The notes: generated by a model from the sequence alone, not told the origin. 64,000 bases of DNA from Candidatus Micrarchaeota archaeon (GCA_038046765.1 JBBSVN010000012.1:1-64000), one strand, 5' to 3'. Counted from the stretch's first letter, positions 10,223-20,157 are shown. Made by a program: numbers and translations.

Positions 10223-10823
10223 AGTAACTAGTTTGAATAAACTTCATTATAAAGTTTGCGAAAGCGTATATGAGCCTGCGGAAGATAGTTTTTTACTAAT
10301 AAAATACACTAAAAATCTAAAAGGAAAAATCTTAGAAATTGGCTGCGGAAGTGGGGTTGTTTGCCTTACTAATGCGCTAAAAAATTCAAAAAATATTGTT
10401 TTTGCCTGCGATCGCAGTAAAGACGCCTTAAAATTAACTCGCGAGAACGCAAAATTAAACAAACTTACAAATGTTAAAATTTTCGAAAGTAATCTGTTCT
10501 CAAAAGTACCAAAAACAGAAAGGTTCGACTACATTCTATTCAATCCACCCTATTTGCCTACTATTAAGGAAGAAAAATTAGTTGGAAATATCAATTACGC
10601 TTATGATGGGGGCAAAGATGGTCGAATTGTTTTGGATAAATTTTTAGGTCAATTTAGTAAATTTCTAAAACCCGGTGGTGCTGTTTTTCTAATCCATAGT
10701 TCACTAAATAATTCAGAGAAAACGATTTCAATTCTATCCAAAAAAGGTTTTGTTGTAAGAACTCTTGAGCAGCAACGCTGTTTTTTTGAAAAACTGATGG
10801 TATTAAGAATTAAGAAAGCATAA
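10215..10823 (+). CDS. HemK2/MTQ2-family SAM methyltransferase
   Basis: VYEPAEDSFLL, LEIGCGSG, FNPPY, GGKDG; start ATG 10215 or a later TTG. Confidence 0.9.
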   Translation: MDIVTSLNKLHYKVCESVYEPAEDSFLLIKYTKNLKGKILEIGCGSGVVCLTNALKNSKNIVFACDRSKDALKLTRENAKLNKLTNVKIFESNLFSKVPKTERFDYILFNPPYLPTIKEEKLVGNINYAYDGGKDGRIVLDKFLGQFSKFLKPGGAVFLIHSSLNNSEKTISILSKKGFVVRTLEQQRCFFEKLMVLRIKKA

Positions 10824-10833
10824 TTATATTGAA

Positions 10834-10893
10834 ATGATGACATGAACAACCTCTGAGGGGCCTAACTCCTGTGAAGATGTCAACAGCGTCTGA
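10834..10893 (+). ncRNA. box C/D guide sRNA; D' guide predicted for 23S Um2552 (E. coli numbering)
   Basis: C ATGATGA 10834-40, 12-nt guide CATGAACAACCT, D' CTGA 10853-56, short hairpin, C' GTGAAGA 10871-77, 12-nt guide TGTCAACAGCGT, D CTGA 10890-93. Confidence 0.85.
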
Positions 10894-10960
10894 TCATATA
10901 TATTTACTATCTTTTTTAAAAATATCCTGGCTTTTTTTAAATTTATCCGAGGGTATTATT

Positions 10961-11506
10961 ATGCATGCGGAATTAAAATTGCCTGTTCGTAATATTCTTG
11001 AAATTTATACTAAAGGCGGCATTCGTGCTAGGCAATTGTTAAAATTAAGCACGTTATTAGCGGAAGGAGTTTTATATTATGGTTTAGCTTCTTCATCTGG
11101 ATCTGCAGTTCATATCTCCGAGCTACCAAAGAATGTTGTCCTAAAAATAATGTCTCCAAGTAACTTACCCCTTTCAGATAGTTCATTTGATGAAGTCCAT
11201 CTCTCTTTTCTAGGTAGGGAAAAAACACGCGAAAAAATAAATGCAGAAATCAAAGAATCTGCCCGTGTTCTTAAGCAAAACGGAGTCCTAATAATTAGCG
11301 GAGAAGTTGATGCAAGAACTCAAGATGGGCAAGATGTCTCACACGTTGTTATTGCTACACTTTCTAGTCTTGGTTTTGTTGTTAATGGCCCAGTTCCAAA
11401 AGAAGAACTTATTTCAACTCCTTTACTTGAAGACATACAAACGACTGTTGGCGATGAAAGTGAAAATGGAAAGTTTTTGATGTTTGCTATGCGAAGAATG
11501 GTTTGA
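10961..11506 (+). CDS. divergent class I SAM methyltransferase-like protein
   Basis: LPLSDSSFDEV and ESARVLKQNG motifs; glycine-rich motif I degenerate; start moved to ATG 10961 because the upstream GTG lies inside the C/D RNA. Confidence 0.55.
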   Translation: MHAELKLPVRNILEIYTKGGIRARQLLKLSTLLAEGVLYYGLASSSGSAVHISELPKNVVLKIMSPSNLPLSDSSFDEVHLSFLGREKTREKINAEIKESARVLKQNGVLIISGEVDARTQDGQDVSHVVIATLSSLGFVVNGPVPKEELISTPLLEDIQTTVGDESENGKFLMFAMRRMV

Positions 11507-11560
11507 CGTACGTTTACTGTTTTTCCCAAAACTTTATAACCTTAATCACGTATATTAATT

Positions 11561-12244
11561 ATGGCACAAAATCACACAACTAGTTCTACCCACAAATCTG
11601 CTACTCCTAATTTTGAAATTATTCCCGCAATCCTAGTTAAAACAAGAGACGAACTTCTAAAGCGAATCAATTTAGTTAAGTCATACGTTAAAACTGTTCA
11701 AATTGACGTTATGGATAACGAATTTGTACCAAATAAAACGATCGGGTTAGAAAGTTTGCATGATTTGCCTTCGGGTGTAAACTATGAATTTCATTGGATG
11801 GTAAATAATCCTGAAAATTACATTGAAAAAATCAAAGGAAATTACCTTCACATTGTTCATATCGAAGCGAAAATGGATTTTAATAAAGCAAAACAAATCG
11901 CAGAAAAAAATGGCGGAAAAATTGCGATTGCAATAAATCCACCAACGCAAGTTGAAAAAGTATTCGCTTACGAACAAAAAGTTTCACAAATTTTAGTAAT
12001 GAGCGTTAATCCTGGTTTCTCTGGCCAAATTTACATTAAAGAAGTTGAAGCGAAGGTTAAAATATTATCTGCACGCAATCCTAAATTAGACATTGAAATT
12101 GATGGTGGAATAAACCTAGAAACTATTAATTTAGCGTATAAAGCTGGAGCAAATAAATTATGTGCTGCAAGCGCAATTTACGAAAACGCAGACATAAAAA
12201 AAGCAATAGAAAATTTATGTCTTAGAGCAAAATCAGGCGTATAA
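11561..12244 (+). CDS. rpe: ribulose-phosphate 3-epimerase
   Basis: IDVMD.FVPN, HWMV, MSVNPGFSGQ, IDGGIN. Confidence 0.92.
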   Translation: MAQNHTTSSTHKSATPNFEIIPAILVKTRDELLKRINLVKSYVKTVQIDVMDNEFVPNKTIGLESLHDLPSGVNYEFHWMVNNPENYIEKIKGNYLHIVHIEAKMDFNKAKQIAEKNGGKIAIAINPPTQVEKVFAYEQKVSQILVMSVNPGFSGQIYIKEVEAKVKILSARNPKLDIEIDGGINLETINLAYKAGANKLCAASAIYENADIKKAIENLCLRAKSGV

Positions 12245-12260
12245 ATCCAAGGTTATACTT

Positions 12261-13121
12261 ATGGCAAAATCCGTTAAAATAACTAACATAAAACAGCTAA
12301 AACTAATGGCCAATACGATCAGGCAGGACATAATTAAAATGCTCCTTGAGTCAAAATCCGGTCACAGCGCTGGAAGTATCGGTCTGGCTGATATTTTTAC
12401 TGCACTCTACTTTAACGTATTAAATCATGATCCGAAAAATTCCGAATCACCAGATCGTGACCGTTTTCTTTTAAGTAATGCTCATGTCTGTCCTGCTCTT
12501 TACGCAGTTATGGCAAATGTTGGGTATTTTCCAAAAGAAGAACTTTTAACATTTAGAAAAATCGGTTCAAGATTACAAGGTCACCCTCATCGGGGTTCAA
12601 TTCCCGGAATTGAAAGTTCAGGTGGTCCACTTGGCCAAGGTTTAAGCCAGGCAGTCGGGATGGCAATAGTAGCAAAAACTGAAAAGAAAAGATGGAGAGT
12701 ATACTGCGTAATGAGCGATGGTGAACATAACGAAGGACAAACCTGGGAGGCAGCAATGTTATCTTCAAAATATAAATTAGGAAATTTAACTGCAATAATC
12801 GATCGAAATAATATCCAAATAGATGGATTTACAGAAGATGTTTTACCACTTGAGCCATTTGCTGATAAATATCGTGCGTTTGGTTGGCATGTTATCGAAG
12901 TTGATGGTCACAACATAAAAGAAATTATCGAAGCATGCGAGAAAAGCAGGGCGGTTTTTGAGCGTCCAACAGTAATAATTGCGCATACAATTCCTGGTAA
13001 AGGAATTCCCTATATGGAATTTTTAAGCGAGTGGCACGGTAAGACACCAACAAAAGAACAAGCAGATGATGCAATTAAAACTCTTGAAGAAGAGCGCGCA
13101 CTAATTGAGCAGGAAGGTTAA
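12261..13121 (+). CDS. transketolase N-terminal (TPP-binding) subunit
   Basis: SGH, DRDRFLLSNAH, LQGHP, GPLGQG, SDGE..EG..WEA, WHGK. Confidence 0.93.
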   Translation: MAKSVKITNIKQLKLMANTIRQDIIKMLLESKSGHSAGSIGLADIFTALYFNVLNHDPKNSESPDRDRFLLSNAHVCPALYAVMANVGYFPKEELLTFRKIGSRLQGHPHRGSIPGIESSGGPLGQGLSQAVGMAIVAKTEKKRWRVYCVMSDGEHNEGQTWEAAMLSSKYKLGNLTAIIDRNNIQIDGFTEDVLPLEPFADKYRAFGWHVIEVDGHNIKEIIEACEKSRAVFERPTVIIAHTIPGKGIPYMEFLSEWHGKTPTKEQADDAIKTLEEERALIEQEG

Positions 13122-13150
13122 AATAAATACAAAAATCATGGTTGAACTAT

Positions 13151-14149
13151 ATGGGAAAAATACTTACAAAAGAAATGTCTTTGGTTGATGATTTATTTGC
13201 GCCTGCACAGTCACTTGCTACTCGGGATGGCTTTGGAAAAGGCCTCTTAGAAGTTGGTGAAAAAAATGAAAATGTCTGGGCACTTACTGCTGATTTATCC
13301 GAGTCCACACGTACGCACTGGTTTAGTGAAAAATTCCCAAAGCGGTATGTACAAATTGGCGTTGCTGAACAGAATATGGCGGGTGTTGGGTCTGGAATTG
13401 CCGCTTGCGGTAAAACGGTTTTCATTTCCTCATTTGGTGCATTTTCTCCAGGAAGGAATTTTGATCAAATCAGGGTTAGTATTTGCTATAATAATGTAAA
13501 TGTAAAAATTCATGCTTCACATTGCGGTTTAACTGTCGGGGAAGATGGGGCAAGTCATCAGGCACTAGAAGATATCGCGATGACTAGGGTATTACCAAAT
13601 ATTATTGTTGTCGCGCCATCGGATTTTGAGCAGGCAAAAAAAGCAGTTATTGCAATCTCTGAAAAATTTGGTCCAGCATATATTAGAACTGAAAGGGAAA
13701 AAACTCCCGCATTTACTACTACTAATACTCCATTTGAAATTGGAAAAGCAAACGTTTATCGGGAAGGGAAGGATATCGCAATATTCGCAATCGGTACATG
13801 TGTTTACGAATCACTAAAGGCAGCGGATTTACTAGCTAAAGAAGACATTGATTGCGCGGTTATCGATTGTCACACTATTAAACCAATTGATAAAAAAACT
13901 GTTGTTGAATACGCTAAAAAAACAAACCTCATTCTTAGTGTTGAGCAGCATCAAGTTGACGGAGGTTTAGGTTCCGCCATTTGTGAAGTACTCTCTGAAG
14001 AATATCCTTGTACTGTAATTCGGCATGGCGTTTACAACCGGTTTTGTGAAAGTGGAAGAGGGTTTGATTTACTTAAAAAGTATAAACTCGATAGTGCTGG
14101 TATTGCTCAAAAAGTACGCGAAGCAATAAAGGACAGGGATAAAAAATAA
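13151..14149 (+). CDS. transketolase C-terminal subunit
   Basis: ADL..ST, GVAEQNM, GEDGASHQ, TIKPID, GGLGSA. Confidence 0.93.
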   Translation: MGKILTKEMSLVDDLFAPAQSLATRDGFGKGLLEVGEKNENVWALTADLSESTRTHWFSEKFPKRYVQIGVAEQNMAGVGSGIAACGKTVFISSFGAFSPGRNFDQIRVSICYNNVNVKIHASHCGLTVGEDGASHQALEDIAMTRVLPNIIVVAPSDFEQAKKAVIAISEKFGPAYIRTEREKTPAFTTTNTPFEIGKANVYREGKDIAIFAIGTCVYESLKAADLLAKEDIDCAVIDCHTIKPIDKKTVVEYAKKTNLILSVEQHQVDGGLGSAICEVLSEEYPCTVIRHGVYNRFCESGRGFDLLKKYKLDSAGIAQKVREAIKDRDKK

Positions 14150-14167
14150 TGTCTGTTTTGATTTTGT

Positions 14168-14623
14168 ATGGGTTTAACTGGTAAGGATTCTTTTGTAAAA
14201 CAAATTGTCCTATACTTAAAATCTGAAAATTATCCGGAAGCGCATAAGTTAGCCGAAGATTTTGTAAAACTTTTACCTGATGAATTAATCTCTCATTTCC
14301 TACTTGCTAAATCCTCATTTTGGGTTCATGAGTACGAAGAATGTGTTAGCGAGGGTAAGAAAGCATTCAATCTTGCTAATTCCAAGGATTTAACTGATTG
14401 CGCAATACTTGTTGCGAGCGCTTATTACCAGCTTAAAAAATACTCTGACGCGTATGTTCTCTTGTCCAAAACCAACATTAAGGATAATGTTGAGGCACAA
14501 AAACTGTTATTTATTCTATCTGTTACCCTAAACGATGAAAAAGCTGCTGTAAAACATATTGACGAATTGTTTAAGATAAATAAAAAGGTGGCGGAGGAGC
14601 TTTTGACTAGGTATTTGGTTTAA
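14168..14623 (+). CDS. TPR-like helical repeat protein
   Basis: TPR-like pattern (LLAKS..W...YEEC, ASAYYQLKKYSDA). Confidence 0.6.
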   Translation: MGLTGKDSFVKQIVLYLKSENYPEAHKLAEDFVKLLPDELISHFLLAKSSFWVHEYEECVSEGKKAFNLANSKDLTDCAILVASAYYQLKKYSDAYVLLSKTNIKDNVEAQKLLFILSVTLNDEKAAVKHIDELFKINKKVAEELLTRYLV

Positions 14624-14680
14624 TTGACTATTTTCTGTATTTGTGTGCTATTTTTAAATTGTTTTATATGCTGTTATATA

Positions 14681-15847
14681 ATGGTAAATATTAAAACTCA
14701 CATAGAACGTGCAAAAATTCCTAGTTCTAATCTTAATCATATTCTTAAACTAGGATATGTATGTCCTCAAATTGAGCATATTGCGAGTTCATTTAAAGAT
14801 TTATCAAAAGAAATCGGACCATTAAGACTCATGCTTGCTGTCGGTTACGGGATTATTTTTGATCCCTCTGGCTTATGGCCTAGTGCAACATTTGCAAAAG
14901 CATTTAGATATTTTAAGGCACGAAATCTAAGAACTGAAGGTTTGCGTTCTTTTGCACGTTCTTTGCAAAGAGAATCTGATTATTCGAATATGTTTGCATT
15001 ATCCTTAGCTTGTCCAGAAGTTTTAGATGAAAACTTAAAACAAGCTTTAGTTGCTAAAGAGTATTCTGTTCGAACTGATTTCGTTTTACCAAACAGAAGC
15101 TCAGCTGGAGATATTATAGCTGATGCTCGTTTAACTAGTTCCTACTTAACAATTGGCACACCATCTTTAGTTGATCCTGAAATGATTTCAAGTTACGTTA
15201 GTCTATTAAATGTTTTCTTAAGAGCTGAACTTAGGCATCGATCTTTGCTAGATAATTCCTCTAAGCGAACAGACACAAATAAAGTTGAAGTAGATCGTTT
15301 AACAAAAATTTGTAAAAAATTATTCGGAGATTCTTTTAATGTACCTTGGAGTTGTATGCCAGAAAAAGCAGTTAGGTTAAATTTTGAACTATCGCGTGAC
15401 ACATTACATCAAACGCTTAAACTTGCTTCTAGTCTTTTTGCAAATCTGCTAATTCAAGGTTATGCTATCTCTTTTAAATATACAATACCTGATCTAAAAA
15501 TTCCTGGTCGTTTCGGTTTTCGTTTAATGGCATATGTTCCAAGTGCGGCATTATCACTTTATTTAGAAATATTAAAAGCGAATGGTTTGGACGAACAAAA
15601 AATGCATCATGATTATGAAAATACGGTTGAACCTACAACTGGAGTTATGCTTCCAGGTTATGTTCATTTAAGAACAAGCGGTGAAGATGGAACATCCTAT
15701 TTACAAGGTACGGAATTAGTTCGTGCTGTTAGTTCGAATTTTACTAGTTACGTGATTGCTTCATTAAATCGATTTCACCAAGATGACGATTCGATTGTAT
15801 CTCTTTTAGATGGGGAAAAAGTAGATTTAGTTCGATTAGTAAGTTAA
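14681..15847 (+). CDS. hypothetical protein
   Basis: long ORF, no recognised motif; probable ATG at 14681. Confidence 0.6.
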   Translation: MVNIKTHIERAKIPSSNLNHILKLGYVCPQIEHIASSFKDLSKEIGPLRLMLAVGYGIIFDPSGLWPSATFAKAFRYFKARNLRTEGLRSFARSLQRESDYSNMFALSLACPEVLDENLKQALVAKEYSVRTDFVLPNRSSAGDIIADARLTSSYLTIGTPSLVDPEMISSYVSLLNVFLRAELRHRSLLDNSSKRTDTNKVEVDRLTKICKKLFGDSFNVPWSCMPEKAVRLNFELSRDTLHQTLKLASSLFANLLIQGYAISFKYTIPDLKIPGRFGFRLMAYVPSAALSLYLEILKANGLDEQKMHHDYENTVEPTTGVMLPGYVHLRTSGEDGTSYLQGTELVRAVSSNFTSYVIASLNRFHQDDDSIVSLLDGEKVDLVRLVS

Positions 15848-15874
15848 TAAAAAACAAACAAAGGTGTAAAAAAC

Positions 15875-18202
15875 ATGATTACTCAAAAAACAGAAGGAAC
15901 TGGAAAAAGATTATTTGCAAGAACAGTAGACCGAATTTCTGATAGCATTAAGCGTGCGATCCAAAAAACAAGAAAAGCAAGTTTAGTATTTGCTGCTACT
16001 GCTACAATTTATGGATGCTCTGCAGAAAACCCGTTAGGCGTACAGAAAGATGCTTCAGTAAATGCAGATGCGCCAGTAGTTTCTGATCGATTAATTTCTC
16101 AAGACAGGTTAGTTTCACAAGACCGACAAGCGATAGATGCGCAGGTTATTGACGCAGGAGTAAGTGACCGATCAATAATTGATGGATCATTTAATGATGG
16201 ATTAGTAACTGATTCTTCGATAGCTGATGCAATGCCTGACGCTTTAGTTTGCAGACCTTATACTACTCCAACACCCGTAACTTGTACGAATGGTTCAGTT
16301 ACTACAATTTCAACTTTAATTGGTGAAACTTTAGATTCACGTTTACTTGATAGACAATCAAATACTGGAACGTATTCATGGTCAACTCCAGAACCAATGT
16401 TAACTTCTCATCCGTTTGCAGATGGAATTGGTGGAATTTTGGAACAAACCCAAACAGATATGTATCTTTTAACTGGTAATGCTCTTGTTGCAGGTGCGCG
16501 TGTTGTTCCGGAATTTAATACTTGGAATGTTCTTGACACTAGTGCAGGAATTGTTTATAGCGAAATTCAGCGTTTGTTCGTGCGAGCGGAAAGCCAATAC
16601 CGCGAAGCAGCAGATACAATTCAAACAAGAAATCGTAATCTTATTTATCAACTTAAATTCTATTCAAACGTTCCACCAAATCCTTTTGCTGAAGCATTTG
16701 GTATTCCAGTTTGTACTACGCCAACAAACGGAAACTGGGCAAACTGCGCTTCAGATATTAAAAGCGAAAATCATAGTTTAAGAGTAAGAATTGGAAACAA
16801 TGATTGGTTCATTACTAATATGCAACCTCCGATTGTTACATTTACAAACGCACAAGAAGTAGTTCGCGGTGGACAGGTTGATTTAGGAAGAATTGCTGCT
16901 TCAAGTGTAATAAATCAAGGAGACATTTTAAGCTATAATAGATACAGATACGGAGTTCGATTAGATGATGTAACTCCAGATGGTCGAGCGATTGTTTCTG
17001 TAGTTGATGAATGCGGGCGGGTGTTAATCCCCGCAGTGACAATAACGAACAACGTTACGACTATAGGTAACCTAATAAAGGTAAAACTAAACGAAGTTTC
17101 ACCACAAAATCAATTCCCTGCAAAGTGGGCAAATCTATCTATTATAACTGACGAGTTGGAATTTATCGATAATGGAACCAATACTAGTGGTCTAAATAAT
17201 AATTTTGTCAGGTACAATGGAATTGTCGATTCACAAAGTAATATTGGAGCCGTTCTCGCATGGACAAATCGCGGCTTTAATTCCGGAAATCAAACTGCGG
17301 ATCATTTACGTTCAATAACATTTTTCCAAGATGGGTCAACCGACTTTATTAGTACTGGTCAATCTTTGTTTAGTTCATTAGTTGTTCCTGATTTAATGAG
17401 CTTTTCTTATAATGGACTTAATCTAAATCCAAACAATTCTGTAGATTACAATACGATGGGCATTAGTGCAAATGATGGCAGTTTCCAGTATACTCTAGAC
17501 GGGTCAAATACACCCAGTATTGCGAATGTTACATCCTACGTTGATATAAGACAAAATCAGCAAAATTTCTTCGTATCTGCGCAAGGTACTGGAAATCAAA
17601 TAAGACTTGGTTTTGACAACGCGGTTCCAAGAGGCATGAATCCAGACGCTGATCAGGTAATGTTAAGACTTGCTAATGGAAAGTATGTAATTTTAGGTTC
17701 AATCGCACAAGCTAGGAATCGATTAACTGTTTCAACTCCTTCAATTGGAACTAGCGGAAACATAAGTGCGGGCGGAGCAATAACATTTGCTTATGCTGAT
17801 TCAGCAGTTTCTTCAATTGGAAGAGGTAACATTGATTTTTCAGTAAGCAGTCAACCAACAAGTAGATATGTTTCAGTAATCGCTTCGGAAGATGCGGGAG
17901 TTTCAATAAGCGCTCAAAGACCGGGTGCATTAGCTTTCGTTTATGATAAAACTCTAAGAAGTCTTGACCAGAATATTGGGCAATACTCACGGGGCAGAGT
18001 ATTATACTCAACAACTACTGCGTTTAGTCCTGTGCCTAACGCAACAAGTACCGAAGGTAATCTTACCACTACTCGAGAAGTTAATTTCATTACAGAGCGA
18101 GGTTCGATCGTAATAAGTAAAAACGATAGTCAGATCGATTTAAAACTTGCAAATACACCTGCGTCTGTTCAATATTCGTTTACGATCAGAGATTGCAGGT
18201 AA
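15875..18202 (+). CDS. large secreted/lipoprotein surface protein, possibly S-layer related
   Basis: GGTG RBS; hydrophobic stretch ending IYGC; Asp-rich DA/DG repeat linker; Asn/Thr/Ser-rich beta-type body; C-terminal FITERGS. Confidence 0.6.
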   Translation: MITQKTEGTGKRLFARTVDRISDSIKRAIQKTRKASLVFAATATIYGCSAENPLGVQKDASVNADAPVVSDRLISQDRLVSQDRQAIDAQVIDAGVSDRSIIDGSFNDGLVTDSSIADAMPDALVCRPYTTPTPVTCTNGSVTTISTLIGETLDSRLLDRQSNTGTYSWSTPEPMLTSHPFADGIGGILEQTQTDMYLLTGNALVAGARVVPEFNTWNVLDTSAGIVYSEIQRLFVRAESQYREAADTIQTRNRNLIYQLKFYSNVPPNPFAEAFGIPVCTTPTNGNWANCASDIKSENHSLRVRIGNNDWFITNMQPPIVTFTNAQEVVRGGQVDLGRIAASSVINQGDILSYNRYRYGVRLDDVTPDGRAIVSVVDECGRVLIPAVTITNNVTTIGNLIKVKLNEVSPQNQFPAKWANLSIITDELEFIDNGTNTSGLNNNFVRYNGIVDSQSNIGAVLAWTNRGFNSGNQTADHLRSITFFQDGSTDFISTGQSLFSSLVVPDLMSFSYNGLNLNPNNSVDYNTMGISANDGSFQYTLDGSNTPSIANVTSYVDIRQNQQNFFVSAQGTGNQIRLGFDNAVPRGMNPDADQVMLRLANGKYVILGSIAQARNRLTVSTPSIGTSGNISAGGAITFAYADSAVSSIGRGNIDFSVSSQPTSRYVSVIASEDAGVSISAQRPGALAFVYDKTLRSLDQNIGQYSRGRVLYSTTTAFSPVPNATSTEGNLTTTREVNFITERGSIVISKNDSQIDLKLANTPASVQYSFTIRDCR

Positions 18203-18269
18203 AAGTAAAATATAAAACTTGTTTGCATTACAAGGGTATAATCAATTACAGTTAGCTTTAGGTGAAAAA

Positions 18270-18575
18270 ATGGTTTTATTAACTAGGGAAAAATTACGAT
18301 TGTCTGCATCAGCTGCTCGTTCTATGGGTTTAGTGCATTCTGCTGATAAAATCGAAGCAGTTGCAAACCAATTTGGTCGTTTCTTAGGAAAACCAATGGC
18401 GGATGTAAGCGAAATAAAATCTGGATTAAAAGGCGTGCGTAGTTTTGTTGGTCTTGAACTAAATGAAAAACTCCAACTTAATAGCATAGGTCAAAATCTG
18501 GAAAGTCGTAATATGGCTCATGAAAGAGCAGACCAAATTAGGGCAGAACTAGCGCGAATTCACGAACAATTGTAG
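18270..18575 (+). CDS. hypothetical protein
   Basis: GGTGA RBS before ATG 18270. Confidence 0.6.
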   Translation: MVLLTREKLRLSASAARSMGLVHSADKIEAVANQFGRFLGKPMADVSEIKSGLKGVRSFVGLELNEKLQLNSIGQNLESRNMAHERADQIRAELARIHEQL

Positions 18576-18656
18576 GGGTTATTTCCTTTTAAGTGAGTAT
18601 ATCCCCCTTAATCTGCCTTTTTGAGTGAATATGTTCACTTTCGTTTTTTAACAAAA

Positions 18657-19661
18657 TTACATTTTCCCCATTTTCTTAACAAAATCAACCAGTCTATTAG
18701 AGTAACCCCATTCATTATCGTACCATGCAGCTACTTTTACTAAGTTATCCATTGCCTTAGTTAGTTTTGAATCAACTATTGCCGAATGCGGATTTCCAAC
18801 AATATCGCTAGAAACTAATTGTTCATCAGTGTAAGCTAAAATTCCTTTTAATTCATGTTCGCTCGCTCGTTTTAATTCTGTATTAATTTCATCTGCCTTA
18901 ACTGGTTTTTTCAAAACAAGTGTCATATCATTAATACTTCCACAAGGAACTGGAACTCGATAAGCGCTTCCATCCATTTTACCAGCTAATTCAGGTATTA
19001 CTTCTCCGATTGCCATCGCTGCTCCAGTTTTTGTTGGAACTATATTTACTGCGCCAGCTCTAGCTCGTCTCCAGTCATCATGACTAGAATCAATAATCCT
19101 TTGATCGTTTGTATAAGCGTGCGCTGTAATTAGGAAACCACGTTCGATACCAAACTTCTTGTTAATCACATTTAGAACAGGCGCCAGACAGTTTGTCGTA
19201 CAACTTGCTAGTGAATAAATTTTGTTTTCTTTTGTCATTTTAGAATCGTTTACTCCTGGAACAATCGTCATCGGTGCGCCTTTACATGGAGCACTTACTA
19301 GAACATACTTTGCTCCTGCTTTTATGTGTTTTTCTGCAAATTCCTTTGTTGCAAATTCACCAGTACTTTCAAGTACAAGGTCAATATTCATATCTTTCCA
19401 AGGTAAGTTTTCTGGTTCTTTTTCTTGTATCCAATTAATTGTGTGGTTACCTACAACTAGTTTTCCATCTTTCACGCTTACGTTTGCGTTAACTTTGCCA
19501 AAAGTAGAATCGTACTTGAATAAATGAGCATGCATGTTAATGTCGCTTCGAGAATTAATAGCAACAACTTCAAACTCCTTGCCAAGTGCGTTTTGCTCGA
19601 GCGCGGCTCGAAGGAACATTTTTCCAATTCTTCCAAATCCGTTTATTGCTACGCGAAACAT
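18657..19661 (-). CDS. gap: type I glyceraldehyde-3-phosphate dehydrogenase
   Basis: INGFGRIG, ASCTTNCL, WYDNEWGY. Confidence 0.96.
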   Translation of the reverse strand: MFRVAINGFGRIGKMFLRAALEQNALGKEFEVVAINSRSDINMHAHLFKYDSTFGKVNANVSVKDGKLVVGNHTINWIQEKEPENLPWKDMNIDLVLESTGEFATKEFAEKHIKAGAKYVLVSAPCKGAPMTIVPGVNDSKMTKENKIYSLASCTTNCLAPVLNVINKKFGIERGFLITAHAYTNDQRIIDSSHDDWRRARAGAVNIVPTKTGAAMAIGEVIPELAGKMDGSAYRVPVPCGSINDMTLVLKKPVKADEINTELKRASEHELKGILAYTDEQLVSSDIVGNPHSAIVDSKLTKAMDNLVKVAAWYDNEWGYSNRLVDFVKKMGKM

Positions 19662-19753
19662 AATTTGATCACCTATAACTAGTTGATGTAAGTATTTACT
19701 TTACACAGGATAGATAAAAAAAGATGATGGTTTTTGACAAAATAAAACTGAAT

Positions 19754-20002
19754 TTATTTGGAAATTTGATCGGTTGCTTTAGCCATGATATAAACTCCAA
19801 CGCAGTCTTTCTGTTCTTTAGTTAACTTTAAATCTTCTAATAATTTGCCTAATTCCTTCTTAGCTTTAGCAGTTCGAACATTTTCGATAATTGAACCAGC
19901 TCTAGTCCTAATACCTCACTTTTCCATTCGGTCCATAATTGCATCAATTTTTCGTACTATTTGCTCTCCTAAAAATTCTCGTATTCTACGTAAAGAAATC
20001 AT
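19754..20002 (-). pseudogene. small ORF interrupted by an in-frame TGA
   Basis: ATG 20002, 28 codons, TGA 19916-19918, then 53 more sense codons to TAA 19754. Confidence 0.4.
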
Positions 20003-20078
20003 AATTACATCATCTAAAACTATTATCAAAAGTGTTTAAAAATGTATGTTTTGTGTAACGATTGACAAAAAGCACTAA

Positions 20079-20157
20079 GTGAAAGTATACTTTCACAGTA
20101 TTTAAATGAAACAAAGTTTTTCTTATTTTATTTATAAATAGTGAAACTATAGTTTCA
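20079..20157. repeat. cluster of TGAAA-N6-TTTCA palindromes
   Basis: perfect 18-bp GTGAAAGTATACTTTCAC (20079-96), perfect 16-bp TGAAACTATAGTTTCA (20142-57), degenerate copy near 20107. Confidence 0.7.

Noticed and set aside
10871..10960. N-terminal extension of the ORF-track protein 10871-11506
   Set aside because: The GTG is the C' box of the sRNA; ATG 10961 is the more plausible start
19723..19752. Further C/D RNA (ATGATGG...CTGA) upstream of gap
   Set aside because: Too short, no internal C'/D' boxes, AT-rich spacer without a recognisable guide
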